Assembly: GCA_001724265.1 (NCBI GenBank)
Contig: MEDY01000332.1
Span: forward strand, 1-33,168
Source of the DNA: Rhizaria sp. SCN 62-66
Lineage: Eukaryota
Length of the DNA stretch: 33,168 bases
Direction of reading: 5' to 3'
Every line of letters starts with the position of its first letter. The stretch's first letter is position 1. The notes under the pieces were generated by a model that saw nothing but the letters and a program-made list of their open reading frames with translations, did not search any database and had not been told where the DNA came from. The translations under genes and the position numbers were made by a program. This document shows positions 9,401-19,389 of this stretch, one piece after another.

Positions 9401-11996
9401 GCCGCCGCCGACGCTGCCGCGGGCGCCGGCGGCCGTGGCGCCCGTCACCGTGACCACTGGCGCGGACGACGGCGCCAGCGCAACCACCGGGGCAGCGGCC
9501 GCGGCCGGGGCGTGTGGTTGGGTTGGCGCGGCGGGGGGCCCGAGCCCGCTGCTGCTGCTGCTGCCGTTGCCGGTGCCGTTGGCCTGGCCAAACGTGTAGT
9601 ACTGCCCCCGCTTCGCCGCACTGCCGCTGCCACTGCCGCCGCCGCCGCTGTCGTCACTGCCGGCGGGGCCCTGCGCGGCAGCAGGCGTCGGGGCGGCCGC
9701 GCTGCCCGCCGCAGCGGCCGCGGCGCCGCCCCAGTAGGCCGCGGCGACGGCCGCCACGTTGATGGGGCTGCGCCGATCCGACCGCGGCGAAGGCGACACG
9801 GCCCCGTAGCTGCCGTGGCCGCCTGTGGAGCCGGCTGCGGAGCCGGCGCCGAGGGCGAGCGCGGCGGGCGCGGCGGAGGCTAGCTGGGTCGAGGCCGGCG
9901 CCGGCGCCAGCGCCGAGGACGCAGCGGCGGCGACGGCGGCGGCAGCAACGGCTGTGGACGCAGGCGCAGGCGCGGCGGCGCGGCTCCAGTCCCAGCCGCC
10001 CCCCGACGTGTTTTGCTGCGGTTGCTGCTGCGCGGTGCTGTGCGCGAGCGCGAGGAGCGCGGCGTTGTTGCGCGGCGGCAGCGGCGACGACGGCGCCGAG
10101 CCCGAGTTGCCGCTGCCGCGCCTGTTACCGCGCGAGGACCCGCCGCGGCTGCCCTGCGCCTGCTGCTGCACCGGCTGCGGCAGCTGGAAGGGCGAGGCCG
10201 CGCCGCCGCGGTTGTGGCCGCGGCTGTGCGCGCGGCTCAGCGAGCGCGGGCTAGCCGCGGGGCTGGGCCGGCTCACCGCGATCGGGGCGTAGCCGCCGTT
10301 CACGTTGTTGCTAGGGTTGTTGCTGTTGAGGCTGTTAGAGGCGGAGCCGGGGGCGGCGTTGGCGTCGGCGGCCGAGATCGAGACAGCAATGGCGGGCACA
10401 GGCGCGGCAGGGCCTCGGTCCGGCCCACTCAAAGGGCTGCGTATGCCCAGGCCGTGGCTGTGGCCGTGGACGGCTGCGGAACGCGACTGCGGGTGGCCGT
10501 GGGCGTAACTATAGCCGTCGGCGCCGCTGGTGCTGCCGCTAGCAGCGTTGTTGTTGCTGTTGCCGTAGTAGATGATGCCGTCACTACTGTCATCCCCGTC
10601 GCCGTCGCCACCGTCGTCGGGGTCGTCATCGGCGCTGTCGGTCAGGCGCAGGCTGAAGGGCGCGGCGCGGCGCGGCAGCGCGGGCGCAGCCACCGTGGCG
10701 CTGCCGCGGGCCTGGCCGCCGCTGGCGCCGGCGCCGAGGAGCGAGGGCACTGCGCGGAACAGCTGGCGCACCGGCTGCTGCTGCTGCTGCTGATGCTCGC
10801 GATCGCGGTCGCCGAGGCTGCCGGCGCCGATGGCGGGCTTGACGGGGCTCTGCGGCAGCGCCAGCGCCGCGTCCGAGTCGGCAGCAACAGCAGAGTTGGC
10901 GGCTTCAGCGACACGGTCTGCGGCTTGGTCTGCGACTGCGCTGCTGCCACTGGCGCCGCCACCACCGCCGGTGGAGCTGCTCAAGATGACGGGCGCGGGC
11001 GCGACGGGCGAGAAGGCCGGCGGGTGTTCCAGCAGCAGCTGCCGCGGCCCCAGTCCCTGCCCCTGCCCCTGCTGCTGCCCCTGCCGCTGGCGGGGGTCGC
11101 GGCGGCCACCGTCGTCATCGAAGTCGTCGTCGTAGGCGCGGACGTTGTCATCGAAGTCGCCGCTGCAGCCGCCGCCAACAGGGCTGGTGTGCCCGTGGCC
11201 GCCGCGGCCGCCGCTGCCGCCCCGACCGAGCCCAGGGTGTCCGTGCGACCCGTGACTGTGCCCGTGGCTGTGCCCGCGCCCGCGGCCGCGGCCGCGGCCG
11301 CGGGCCGAGTGCGCGCTCGCGTCCGAGTCGAAGCCGAGCCCGACGCCGAGGTTCAGGTCGATGTCGGCGAACGCGGACGGCAGCGGCGGCGGCTGCTCGT
11401 GCGCGCTCAGCTGCTGCGGCACCGGATCACTCGCGTACTGTTGCTGCTGCTGCTGTTGCTGCTGCTGATGTTGCTAGCGAGGGGTCGAGCGGCGGGGACG
11501 GCCGCCCGCACTCGCATTCGCACAGGCACCGGCACTGACATTGGCCGCGTTGCGGGTCACGGCGCCAGGAAAACTGCCGCCGTTGTTGTTGTTACTGTTC
11601 GTTTTTTCAGCGAAGTTCATGTTCAGGTTCAAGTTCGCGCCGCCGCTGCCCCTGCGGCTGCCGCTGTTGCGGGCGGAGCCGCCGCGCCCGTCTCCGTTGC
11701 TCCCGCGGCCGTTGCCGCCATAGCCCTGCTGACCGTAGCAGTGGCTCTGCTGGCCGTAGCCTGGGTGACCGCCGCCGCCGCCGCCGCCGCCGTCAGAGGA
11801 GGAGGGGCTGGGCGTGCGCCGCCGCAGCAGGTCTTGCTCCCGCGCGCGCGCCGCCGCGTCGGCGCCGGCGTCTGAGCAAGAGGCGCGGGGCGGGGCCTGC
11901 TGCTGCTGCTGCTGCTGCTCGTGCCGTTGCCACTGCTGCTGCTGCCACAGCTGCCACTGCTGTTGCCGCGAATCCTGGCTCTGGCTCTGGTGACTT

Positions 11997-12028
<32 letters not shown>

Positions 12029-12952
12029 CTGTTGCTGTTGTTGTTGATAGCCGTAGTTCAAGTTGTCTCCGCCGCTATAGCCGTAGCCGTAGCCGTTGCC
12101 GGGAGCGGCTCTTGTGACGGCGCCGGGGCTGTTGTGGGCGCTGTTGCCGCCGCCGCTGGCGTGCGTATTGGGACTCGTGTTGCTGCTTTTGTGGCCACTG
12201 CCACCGCCACCACCACGGAAGCGACCTTGCCCTTGCCTCTGCTGCTGTTGCTGCTGCTGCCCGAGCGCGCCCCTGGGGGAGATGCCTCCGGCAACCGCGC
12301 CGCCGTACCCGTTGCTGTGGCTGTTGTAGCCGCTCCCGCCGCCGGCGCCGCCGCTGCCGGCGAGACCGTTGCCGTTGAGGGGTGCGAGCGACGGCAGGCG
12401 AGCTGGCTTGCCGCGCGCGGCGGCGGCCGAGACGAGGCGGCCGCCCGTGTTGTCGCCCGTAAGCACGCGCGCCACCGGCACCCCACCCAGCAGCGGTGCG
12501 CCCAGCTCGGACGACACCGCCTGCGTCAGCGCGGGCCCGTGCTGCGACGGCGGCGGCGGCGGCGCCGGCGCTGGGACAGGGGCCGGCGGGGCAGGGGCAG
12601 GGGCTTGCGCGGGCGTGGTCGTCGAGGCCGTGACGGAGCCGGAGTAGGAGAATACAAGACCTGGCGCGCTGGCGCCAAAGCCGCTGCTGCTACTGGCGTT
12701 GTGGGAGCCGTTGCTGCCACCATTACCGGCGCCGTTGGCCGGCTCCGCGGCGGCGGCGGAGGCCGCGGAGGATGACGAGAGCGGGGGCGAGAACTGGGAG
12801 ACTTGCGGAGAGAAGGAGAAGCCCGTGGTTGTAGACTTGGGGCTGGAAACCATCAGCGGCGCGGGGCTGCGCGAACGCGCGGCGGGCGGCGCAGGCGAAG
12901 GCGTGCCGACGAAGGGCGGCGCGTTGGCGGCCGCCAACGGGTACGAAAACAT
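6488..12952 (-). CDS. Large low-complexity (Q/G/S/A/N-rich, probably disordered) hypothetical protein; one frame with an internal TAG at 11476-11474 (492 aa if terminated, 2154 aa if read through)
   Basis: Track ORFs 11474..12952 and 6488..11422 are in the same frame: ...CCT CGC TAG CAA CAT CAG CAG CAG CAA CAG CAG CAG CAG CAA CAG TAC GCG AGT GAT CCG GTG... The downstream ORF's track start is only a GTG. Coding-like composition is continuous across the TAG. An in-frame TGA upstream of ATG 12952 supports that start. Ends TAA at 6490-6488. No domain recognised. Confidence 0.75.
11996..12046 (-). repeat. CAG/CAA poly-glutamine microsatellite (~17 Gln), one of several in this gene
   Basis: (TTG/CTG)n on the + strand, translating as YGY-Qn-SHQ on the minus strand. 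Confidence 0.9.
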
Positions 12953-14005
12953 GTGGTTGGCGGGACGATTGTCGCTGGGATCACTTCAGACAGAAGGACG
13001 CCCCTAGGGCGCAGGAAAAGGCGACGCAGGACTGGAAAATAGAGTCCTGCGACGCGCTGCGAAGTCTCGGAGATAAAAGAGCCTAGTGAATGGGTCAACA
13101 TGCAAAGTGAAGGGAGACATAGGGGGATGTTGGCTGAGGACTTGGGTTCAAATTTCTAGACGAGTGTGGCGTGCATATGTTTCGTGTGATCGTAATCAAA
13201 CTTGTGGTTGTAATACAAGCGCCTCCCAAATACCATAACTTCAAGTCTAATTCGCCAGAGTCGGTTTCTTGGACGCGTACATTCTCCAGATAGACCCTAC
13301 CCGGCTGGGCGTTGCTGAGTTGAGGATGAGCTTCGACGAAAGTGGAATGGGGCAGGTTCCGAAAAAGTCAAGGGGCTCCACCAGAAGACAGCACACGACG
13401 ACGAGTGGGCTTGTCAGAAGCCAATTGCATCTCTGCCTCTGTTCATGCGTGGTTTAAACTGCCTGTCTCGCCTGCAGTGATCTCGATCTATTTTGTTTCC
13501 CTTTTGTTGCCCCGCCTGGGTGCACAACGGTCTGTCGACAGTGTCTCTGCTGCCCGCTGTGGCCACCTGCCGTCCAAGCTCAGGTCTAGGAGCCTTCAGC
13601 TTCACTCCCCGGTATCATGGACCTGTTTGCGATAGATTTTGTTTTTTAGAGCTTTTAGCATTATTGTGTATTAGATAGTCGACTTTTTTTCTCTCAAACT
13701 GCTCACCGTGCGCCGCATATCTCTCTCCCGCCCACTCCCTCACTTCACTTCAGACCGGGTCTCCCCACCGCTCTCTCAACCGACTTCAGCTCTGTAAGGC
13801 AGCCCTCTGTTGTCGCCTTTGCAGCTCTAGTCCGCCCGCCGCCCGCCCGCTTCTCGCGTCACCCCGCGTGTAGCTGCGCCCGCGCCCGCGCTCACCCTAA
13901 GACAGCCCCTGCAGCGGCAGCGACAGCGGCAGCACACACCCACAACAGCTCCCGCCGCCGCAGCAGCAGCCGCCTGCGCCCGCCCCCAGCCAGCCGCCGC
14001 CCACC

Positions 14006-17000
14006 ATGTCGTACTTCCGCGTGCGCTCGGAGGTGATCCACGCCGCGGTGCTGCCCGGTGACCTCTTGGGCCTCTCGGACCTGGGCCGCGCCGTACCCCG
14101 CGCGCGCCCCCTCGACCTCGACGCCCCTCCCGCCACAGCCTCCGCCGCGGCGCCGACGGAATCGTCGTCGTCGCTGGCGCTGAGCGACGCCGTGGACGCC
14201 GTGTGCGTCACACACGCGGCCGCGCGCCGGTCGTTCCTCCGCACGCTCCTATCGATCACTCTGCCCGCCCCCAAGACTGCCGCCGCCGCCACCACCGGCT
14301 CCGGCTCTGGCTCTGGCTCGTCTTCGTCATCGTCCTCGGCCTCGGCCTCCGCCGCTGCTGCCGCGGCCGCGCAGGACGCGCTGTCGTACCCGGCCTGGGT
14401 TTCGATCGCGCGCGCGTCCCTGGGCCTGTCGCGCGTCGCGGCCAAGCTGCTTTGGGAGGCCTTCCTGGTCGCTCATCCTGAGTCGCAGGCCTTCACGGCC
14501 GTCTCGCCCGCCGCCTCCGCCGCCGCCGCGGCCGCCGCCGCGACCGCCGCCGCGACTGCCGCCTCTGCTGCCGCGGCCGCTTCCGGGCCCGGCGCAAGTG
14601 CGGGCGCAATTGCGCGTGCGGCCGCCGCGTCCAAAGCGAGCGCCGCGGCCGCGGGCGCCGCGGCCGCTGGCGCGTCGTCGGTGTGTTACAGCCACGCGTT
14701 CAGCGTCGACCTCGGCGAGTTCCTGCTTTTCCTCTTCCTTCAGACCTTCGCGCCCTACACCAACACCTTCCCGACGCAGACCGCCGCGCAGGGCGCCGCG
14801 GCCGCAGACGGCGGCGAGAAGGCCGACGGCACCGACGCCGCGGCCGTGGCCTTCGTGCTCTTCCACCTAGAGGACCTCGTGCGCCTGTGCCTGGACCAGC
14901 CCAAGCGCGCCGTTGCGCTCACGCTGCCGCCCTGGGTGCCCCGCGCTGCCTACCAGCCCCCCGCGAGCGCCGCCGCCGCCAACGCCAGCGCCAGCGCCAG
15001 CTCTAGCTCTAGCTCTAGCAGCGGCAGCGCCGATCCCGCAGCTACTTCGGCGGCGGCGTTCACCGCGGCTGTGCTGCAGTCGAACGCGCTGGAGCCGCAC
15101 GAGCTCTCGCGGCTGGCGCTGCTGCTGGAGCCGCTGGGCGCGCCGCCCGCGCTGGCGCCGCTGTTCCCCGGGCTGACGGCGCACCCGCTGCCGCCGCTGG
15201 CGCACCTGGTGCCGCTGTTCCCACAGTGCACGCCGCCCACGGCGACGGCCGACGAGGCCGCAGCGTGGCTCGCGCGCCGCGTCGTCCACGGCCGCTGCCC
15301 CGAGCTGCTGCTCACCGTCACCGCCGCCACCAGCCGCTCTGCCAGCGGCAGCGAGACCGACGCGGTGGCCGTAAGCAGCCAGCTCGAGTTCGTGCCCCGG
15401 CCGGGCTACCTGCCGCTGCCGCCGCTGGCCGTGCCACTGCTGCCGCTGCCGCCGCTGCCGCTGCCGCCGCCCGCGCCCGCCCCCAGCGCGGGTAGCGGCA
15501 ATGGTAGCGACGAGACCAGCTCCAGCAGCTCGAGCTCGAGTGCGAGCGCGGCGAGCGCGGCCGCTGCGGCCGCGGCCGTGGCCGCCGCGACCGCGGCCGC
15601 GCGCTCCCTGACCGCCCGCAGCGCGCTCGTGTCGACCGCACTGTCGTCGTCGCCGGACCTCTCGGTGCCCGCCGCCGCGGCCGCCGCTGCCGCCGCACCG
15701 GGCGCCTCGTCTTCCGTGGCGGCCGCGACGTCCGCGGCCTCGGCTGCAGTCGCGCTCGCTGCAACAGCCACGCTGACCGCAGGCTTTTCCCCCGCCTCGG
15801 TGCTTGGCACCGGCCCCGCGCAGCCCGACGCCGCCAACGCCGCCGCGCTCGCCGCCTCGGTGCCCCGCCCCCCGCAGACACAAGCGCAGTCGCAGGCGGA
15901 CGCGGCCCGTGCCGCCGTCGCCGCGCTGCCCTACGGCGCGCCGCCGCCGCTGTCGCTGCCGGTGGCCGTGCGCGGTGCGCGCGGGGTGCTGGTGCAGGTG
16001 CCCGCGCCGCCGCTCGCGCACGCGCCCGCCGCACTCATGGACGTCTCAGCCGCTGGCGTCTCGCCGGCGGGGCTCATGGCCGCCGCCGCCGCCGCGGCCG
16101 CAGAGGGCGACAAGGACGGCAAAGACGGCAAGGACGGCAAGGACAAGGATGACGACGCCGCAAAGCAGGCCGCCGCCGCCGCCGCGGGCGCGGGCGCGCT
16201 GCCTGCGCCGTCAGTGGTTCGCGCCGCGGTGGCGGCGGACCTGCTGCTGGCGGACCTGGCGCACTGCACCGTGGTTGCGCCCGCGCTGGCGCGGCACGTG
16301 ACGCTGCTGCGCTGCGTGGGCACCACGGCCTCGCTGGGCGTCGTGGCGGGCGTCGCGCGCCTCCACGGGCTGCGCGACTGCACCGTGACCGTGAGCGCGC
16401 GCCGCCTCGTGCTCTCGCAGTGCTCCAACGTGCTCGTGCACGCCTTCACGCCGCTGCCGCCGGTCGTGGCGGCCGACTGCACGCGCGTGACGCTCGCCCC
16501 GCTGCACGCGCCGCACCCCACGCTGGCCGCGGACCTCGTGCGCGCGCGCCTGTTGCCGCCCGCCGTCGCCGCCGCGCTCGCCGCCGCCGCCGCCGCGGAC
16601 GCGCACGCCTACGCCTACTCGGACTCCGCCAGCGCAAGCACCGCCGCTGGCGCTGCCACTAGCGCTACTGGTGGCGCAGGTGGCGCGACTGAGGGCGGCG
16701 CCGCGGCCGCGTTGGGCGCGCTCGCGGCCGCGGGCGTGGTCCCGCAGGACAACGCCTTCAGTGCGCCGCTGCTGCTCGCGCCGCTGCGCGTGCTGCGCCG
16801 GCAGCAGCTCACGCCCGCCGCGCTCGCCGCCAGCCCCGACGACCTGCCCCTGCTCGGCGCGGGCGGCGGCGGCGGCGGCGCCGGCGTGGCTTCGTTTCTC
16901 GCCGTCGCGGCCGCCGCGGCCGCTGGCCGGGGCGCGGCCGCAGTCGACGCTCCCGCCAACGCCGCCGCGCTCGCGGCCGCTGGCGCGGAGCCGCTGGGCG

Positions 17001-17848
17001 CCGTGTCCGTGCCGGTGCCGCTGCGCGCGCTGCTGGCGCTGCCGGCGCCGCACGCCAACGACACGGCCGCCACGGTCTCCACGGCCTCCACCGCGGGCTC
17101 GGCGGCCGCGCGCGCAGTCGTGGCCGAGACCGTGTCGCTGCTGCCGCCGCCGCGCCTGTGGCCCGCGTCGTACCCGCTCGGCAGCGGGCACCGCGCCGCC
17201 GCGCTCCCCGCGCTCGCCTGGCAGCCCGCCGGCTCCAGTGGTTCCAGCGGCTCGACGGGTTCGAACGGCGTGCCGCCGGGCGCGGCGTCGTTCATGGCGT
17301 TGATTCCGCCCGCGGCCACGCGCACTGACTACTGGGTCGCGCCCCTCGCAGCCCGCGCCGCGCTCGCCGTGAGCGCCCCCGCGGGGGGCAGCGCGAGCGC
17401 CGTGAGCGTGACGCCGAGGGGCGGGTACGTCCTGCCTGTGTCGGCGGTGGCCCCGGCGTGTCCGACGCTCGCGCTGCCGCTGCCGCTGCCACCCGCGTAC
17501 GCCGCCGCGCTGCTGCAGCGCCGCGCGCGCCTGCTCGCTGCCCACAGGCAGGTCGCCGCCGCCGCGAAGGCCCTGGGCGCCTCCGTTGGTACTACGGCAG
17601 CCAGCGCGGGCGCCGCGGCGGGCGCCAACGCGGCGACTGCGCCGCAGCAGCAGCAGGCGTGGGGACGCTTCCGCGCGACGCTGCAGGAGCAGTTCCTGCG
17701 CTGGCTCCACACCCAGCAACAGGCTGCCGATGGCGCCGCGAGTTCGACTGCCGCTGGTGCGAGCGCGAGTGCTGCTGCGGCGGGGGCGAGCGTGGAGGAG
17801 TACCTTTCCCAGCTCAGCGCCTGCGACGAGACCGGACACGCGCTCTAA
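14006..17848 (+). CDS. TBCCD1: TBCC domain-containing protein 1 (C-CAP/cofactor C beta-helix), expanded by Ala-rich inserts
   Basis: Beta-helix segment DLLLADLAHCTVVAPALARHVTLLRCVGTTASLGVVAGVARLHGLRDCTVTVSARRLVLSQCSNVLVHAFTPLPPVVAADCTRVTLAPLHAPHPTL. TBCCD1-like blocks VDLGEFLLFLFLQ and C-terminal LPLPPAYAAAL...LQEQFLRWL. CACCATG start with an in-frame TAA upstream. Ends TAA. Confidence 0.8.
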   Translation: MSYFRVRSEVIHAAVLPGDLLGLSDLGRAVPRARPLDLDAPPATASAAAPTESSSSLALSDAVDAVCVTHAAARRSFLRTLLSITLPAPKTAAAATTGSGSGSGSSSSSSSASASAAAAAAAQDALSYPAWVSIARASLGLSRVAAKLLWEAFLVAHPESQAFTAVSPAASAAAAAAAATAAATAASAAAAASGPGASAGAIARAAAASKASAAAAGAAAAGASSVCYSHAFSVDLGEFLLFLFLQTFAPYTNTFPTQTAAQGAAAADGGEKADGTDAAAVAFVLFHLEDLVRLCLDQPKRAVALTLPPWVPRAAYQPPASAAAANASASASSSSSSSSGSADPAATSAAAFTAAVLQSNALEPHELSRLALLLEPLGAPPALAPLFPGLTAHPLPPLAHLVPLFPQCTPPTATADEAAAWLARRVVHGRCPELLLTVTAATSRSASGSETDAVAVSSQLEFVPRPGYLPLPPLAVPLLPLPPLPLPPPAPAPSAGSGNGSDETSSSSSSSSASAASAAAAAAAVAAATAAARSLTARSALVSTALSSSPDLSVPAAAAAAAAAPGASSSVAAATSAASAAVALAATATLTAGFSPASVLGTGPAQPDAANAAALAASVPRPPQTQAQSQADAARAAVAALPYGAPPPLSLPVAVRGARGVLVQVPAPPLAHAPAALMDVSAAGVSPAGLMAAAAAAAAEGDKDGKDGKDGKDKDDDAAKQAAAAAAGAGALPAPSVVRAAVAADLLLADLAHCTVVAPALARHVTLLRCVGTTASLGVVAGVARLHGLRDCTVTVSARRLVLSQCSNVLVHAFTPLPPVVAADCTRVTLAPLHAPHPTLAADLVRARLLPPAVAAALAAAAAADAHAYAYSDSASASTAAGAATSATGGAGGATEGGAAAALGALAAAGVVPQDNAFSAPLLLAPLRVLRRQQLTPAALAASPDDLPLLGAGGGGGGAGVASFLAVAAAAAAGRGAAAVDAPANAAALAAAGAEPLGAVSVPVPLRALLALPAPHANDTAATVSTASTAGSAAARAVVAETVSLLPPPRLWPASYPLGSGHRAAALPALAWQPAGSSGSSGSTGSNGVPPGAASFMALIPPAATRTDYWVAPLAARAALAVSAPAGGSASAVSVTPRGGYVLPVSAVAPACPTLALPLPLPPAYAAALLQRRARLLAAHRQVAAAAKALGASVGTTAASAGAAAGANAATAPQQQQAWGRFRATLQEQFLRWLHTQQQAADGAASSTAAGASASAAAAGASVEEYLSQLSACDETGHAL

Positions 17849-18786
17849 GGACCGCGCTCTATCTCAGGACCGAACCACCCACCAATGAGAGTTTGCTGAG
17901 ACAAGAGTTCATTGAACATGTGGTGCGACTTTGCCTAGGTGTACAGAAGACGCTGGCGGCAATTGTTGTCCAGATCCTTAACGGTTCCAATGGGTGGGAA
18001 GTTAAGACGTAATTTATGATGTTGTTATTGTATTTCTTCTTGTTTTCTTTGTGTTCTGCGAAGGCACATTGTAATAAGTTATATATTAAGTACCACACAG
18101 ACCCCAAATGTGTGCTTCCGTGCATAATTTTTTTTCATCTCGATGTTTATATATTTCAATTATTTTTCCCCAGTGCGCACTTATGTGCGCACATGCAATA
18201 CATTTGTGTACTATCTGTTTTCTAGCTTGGGGGAGAAGAATATGTCCATGTTTTATACTGCTTTTACTTGTGGATGGAATTTGAAGAGTCGTAAACTTTG
18301 ATCTTTGTGAGGGTTGAGTCTCAAAGTTCTTAGTTATGAAGCAATCTTTGAGTATAGCTGAATATTATAGAAATATATGCACTGAATAAAATAAACATGT
18401 TTTGTGCAAAATTTTATTTGACGCAGACACTAAATTGATTGCAGTGTTTGCGAGTGACTTGCGGTGCAGTTGAGACACGGTTCGTAAAAATCGTGCGGTG
18501 GCGAGAGAAGCAAGACAAACGATCGCTGCTGCGCAGCTGAAAAGAGGGTGCGTTTTGCGGCTTCGTTTCTGCTCATGTAGCGATTTTATTGTTATTTACG
18601 GAAACAGTATTTATAGTAGTGTTCATTTACGAAACGGTTGCACTATTGGCGTCTATTCTGTTTGATGGAGGACGTCCCCGATTTTATTATCGACCTCTCT
18701 TGCCAGCCAGCTCATTTTTGTCTTTGCTTCGCTCCCTTGCTTTTGTTCCGGCTTCTTTTCTTGTGTCTGCGCTGTAGACCAGCTCT

Positions 18787-19389
18787 ATGCTCCGCTCTAC
18801 GCTTACCCGCGGCGTGTGCCGCGCGTCGGCGTCCGTCTCTACGTCCATTTCCGCCGTCGTTATGTCTGCGCCTGCCCGCAGCTTCGCCAGCCCCAAGACG
18901 CAGGTCGTGTCGACCGTGCGTGACGGCGAGGCCGAGATCGACGGCGGCTCGCTCAAGCGCATGAAGAACTGGATCGACGAGATTTGGGCGCTGAAGCCCG
19001 AGGGCAAGCTGGAGATGACGGAGGAGCAGCGCGCGTCGGACAAGGCCTTCGTGGCCTACGCGACGCGCAAGATGGCGCTCCGCAAGCAGCGCTGCGCCAA
19101 GCTCGAGCAGCGCAAGATCAACGTCAAGAACCTCACGTTTGACGCGATCCCCGCGGAGCTGCGCACGCACTGCCAGACGGTGGACACGGAGCCCTGGCCC
19201 GCGAACCTGCTGACGCCCGCGATGACGGCCCCCGCGCGCGACTGGCTGCTGCACCACTACCGCCTGCTCGACATCTCGCGCGACGAGCTCTTCCGCCGCC
19301 TCCAGGAGGAGCAGAAGCGCCGTGACGAGGAGAAGAACCAGGCCAAGCTTAAGGCCGAGCGCGAGGCCGCCCTCGCCGCGCAGGCGTGA
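18787..19389 (+). CDS. Mitochondrion-targeted protein, probably mitoribosomal large-subunit mL40 (MRP-L28/MRPL40-like)
   Basis: The N-terminus MLRSTLTRGVCRASASVSTSISAVVMSAPARSFAS is Arg/Ser-rich and acid-free with an R-S-F-A cleavage-like motif. A helical core is followed by FDAIPAELRTHCQTVDTEPWPANLLTPAMTAP, resembling the mL40 'AL..LP.EL...A...D...FP.....P..TPP' pattern. Strong codon bias. Ends TGA. Confidence 0.55.
   Translation: MLRSTLTRGVCRASASVSTSISAVVMSAPARSFASPKTQVVSTVRDGEAEIDGGSLKRMKNWIDEIWALKPEGKLEMTEEQRASDKAFVAYATRKMALRKQRCAKLEQRKINVKNLTFDAIPAELRTHCQTVDTEPWPANLLTPAMTAPARDWLLHHYRLLDISRDELFRRLQEEQKRRDEEKNQAKLKAEREAALAAQA

Noticed and set aside
6488-11422. Treating the 1644-aa ORF as an independent gene
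   Set aside because: Its track start is GTG, the first in-frame ATG is hundreds of codons downstream, and no promoter-like spacer separates it from the upstream ORF.
11474-11580. A small intron ending at the internal TAG (CGCTAG as acceptor)
   Set aside because: No phase-compatible GTACGY/GTATGT donor upstream and no AT- or pyrimidine-rich intron body like the real introns here. Considered unlikely but not excluded without RNA-seq.
7493-12775. Long + strand ORFs (653, 620, 326, 284 and 251 aa) opposite the large minus-strand gene
   Set aside because: Stop-poor antisense frames of GC-rich triplet repeats (poly-Cys/Leu mirrors of poly-Gln), with no independent coding signal.
13100-13700. Short ORFs or an ncRNA in the divergent spacer before TBCCD1
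   Set aside because: No codon bias and no recognisable RNA motif; better explained as promoter, 5' UTR and UTR intron.
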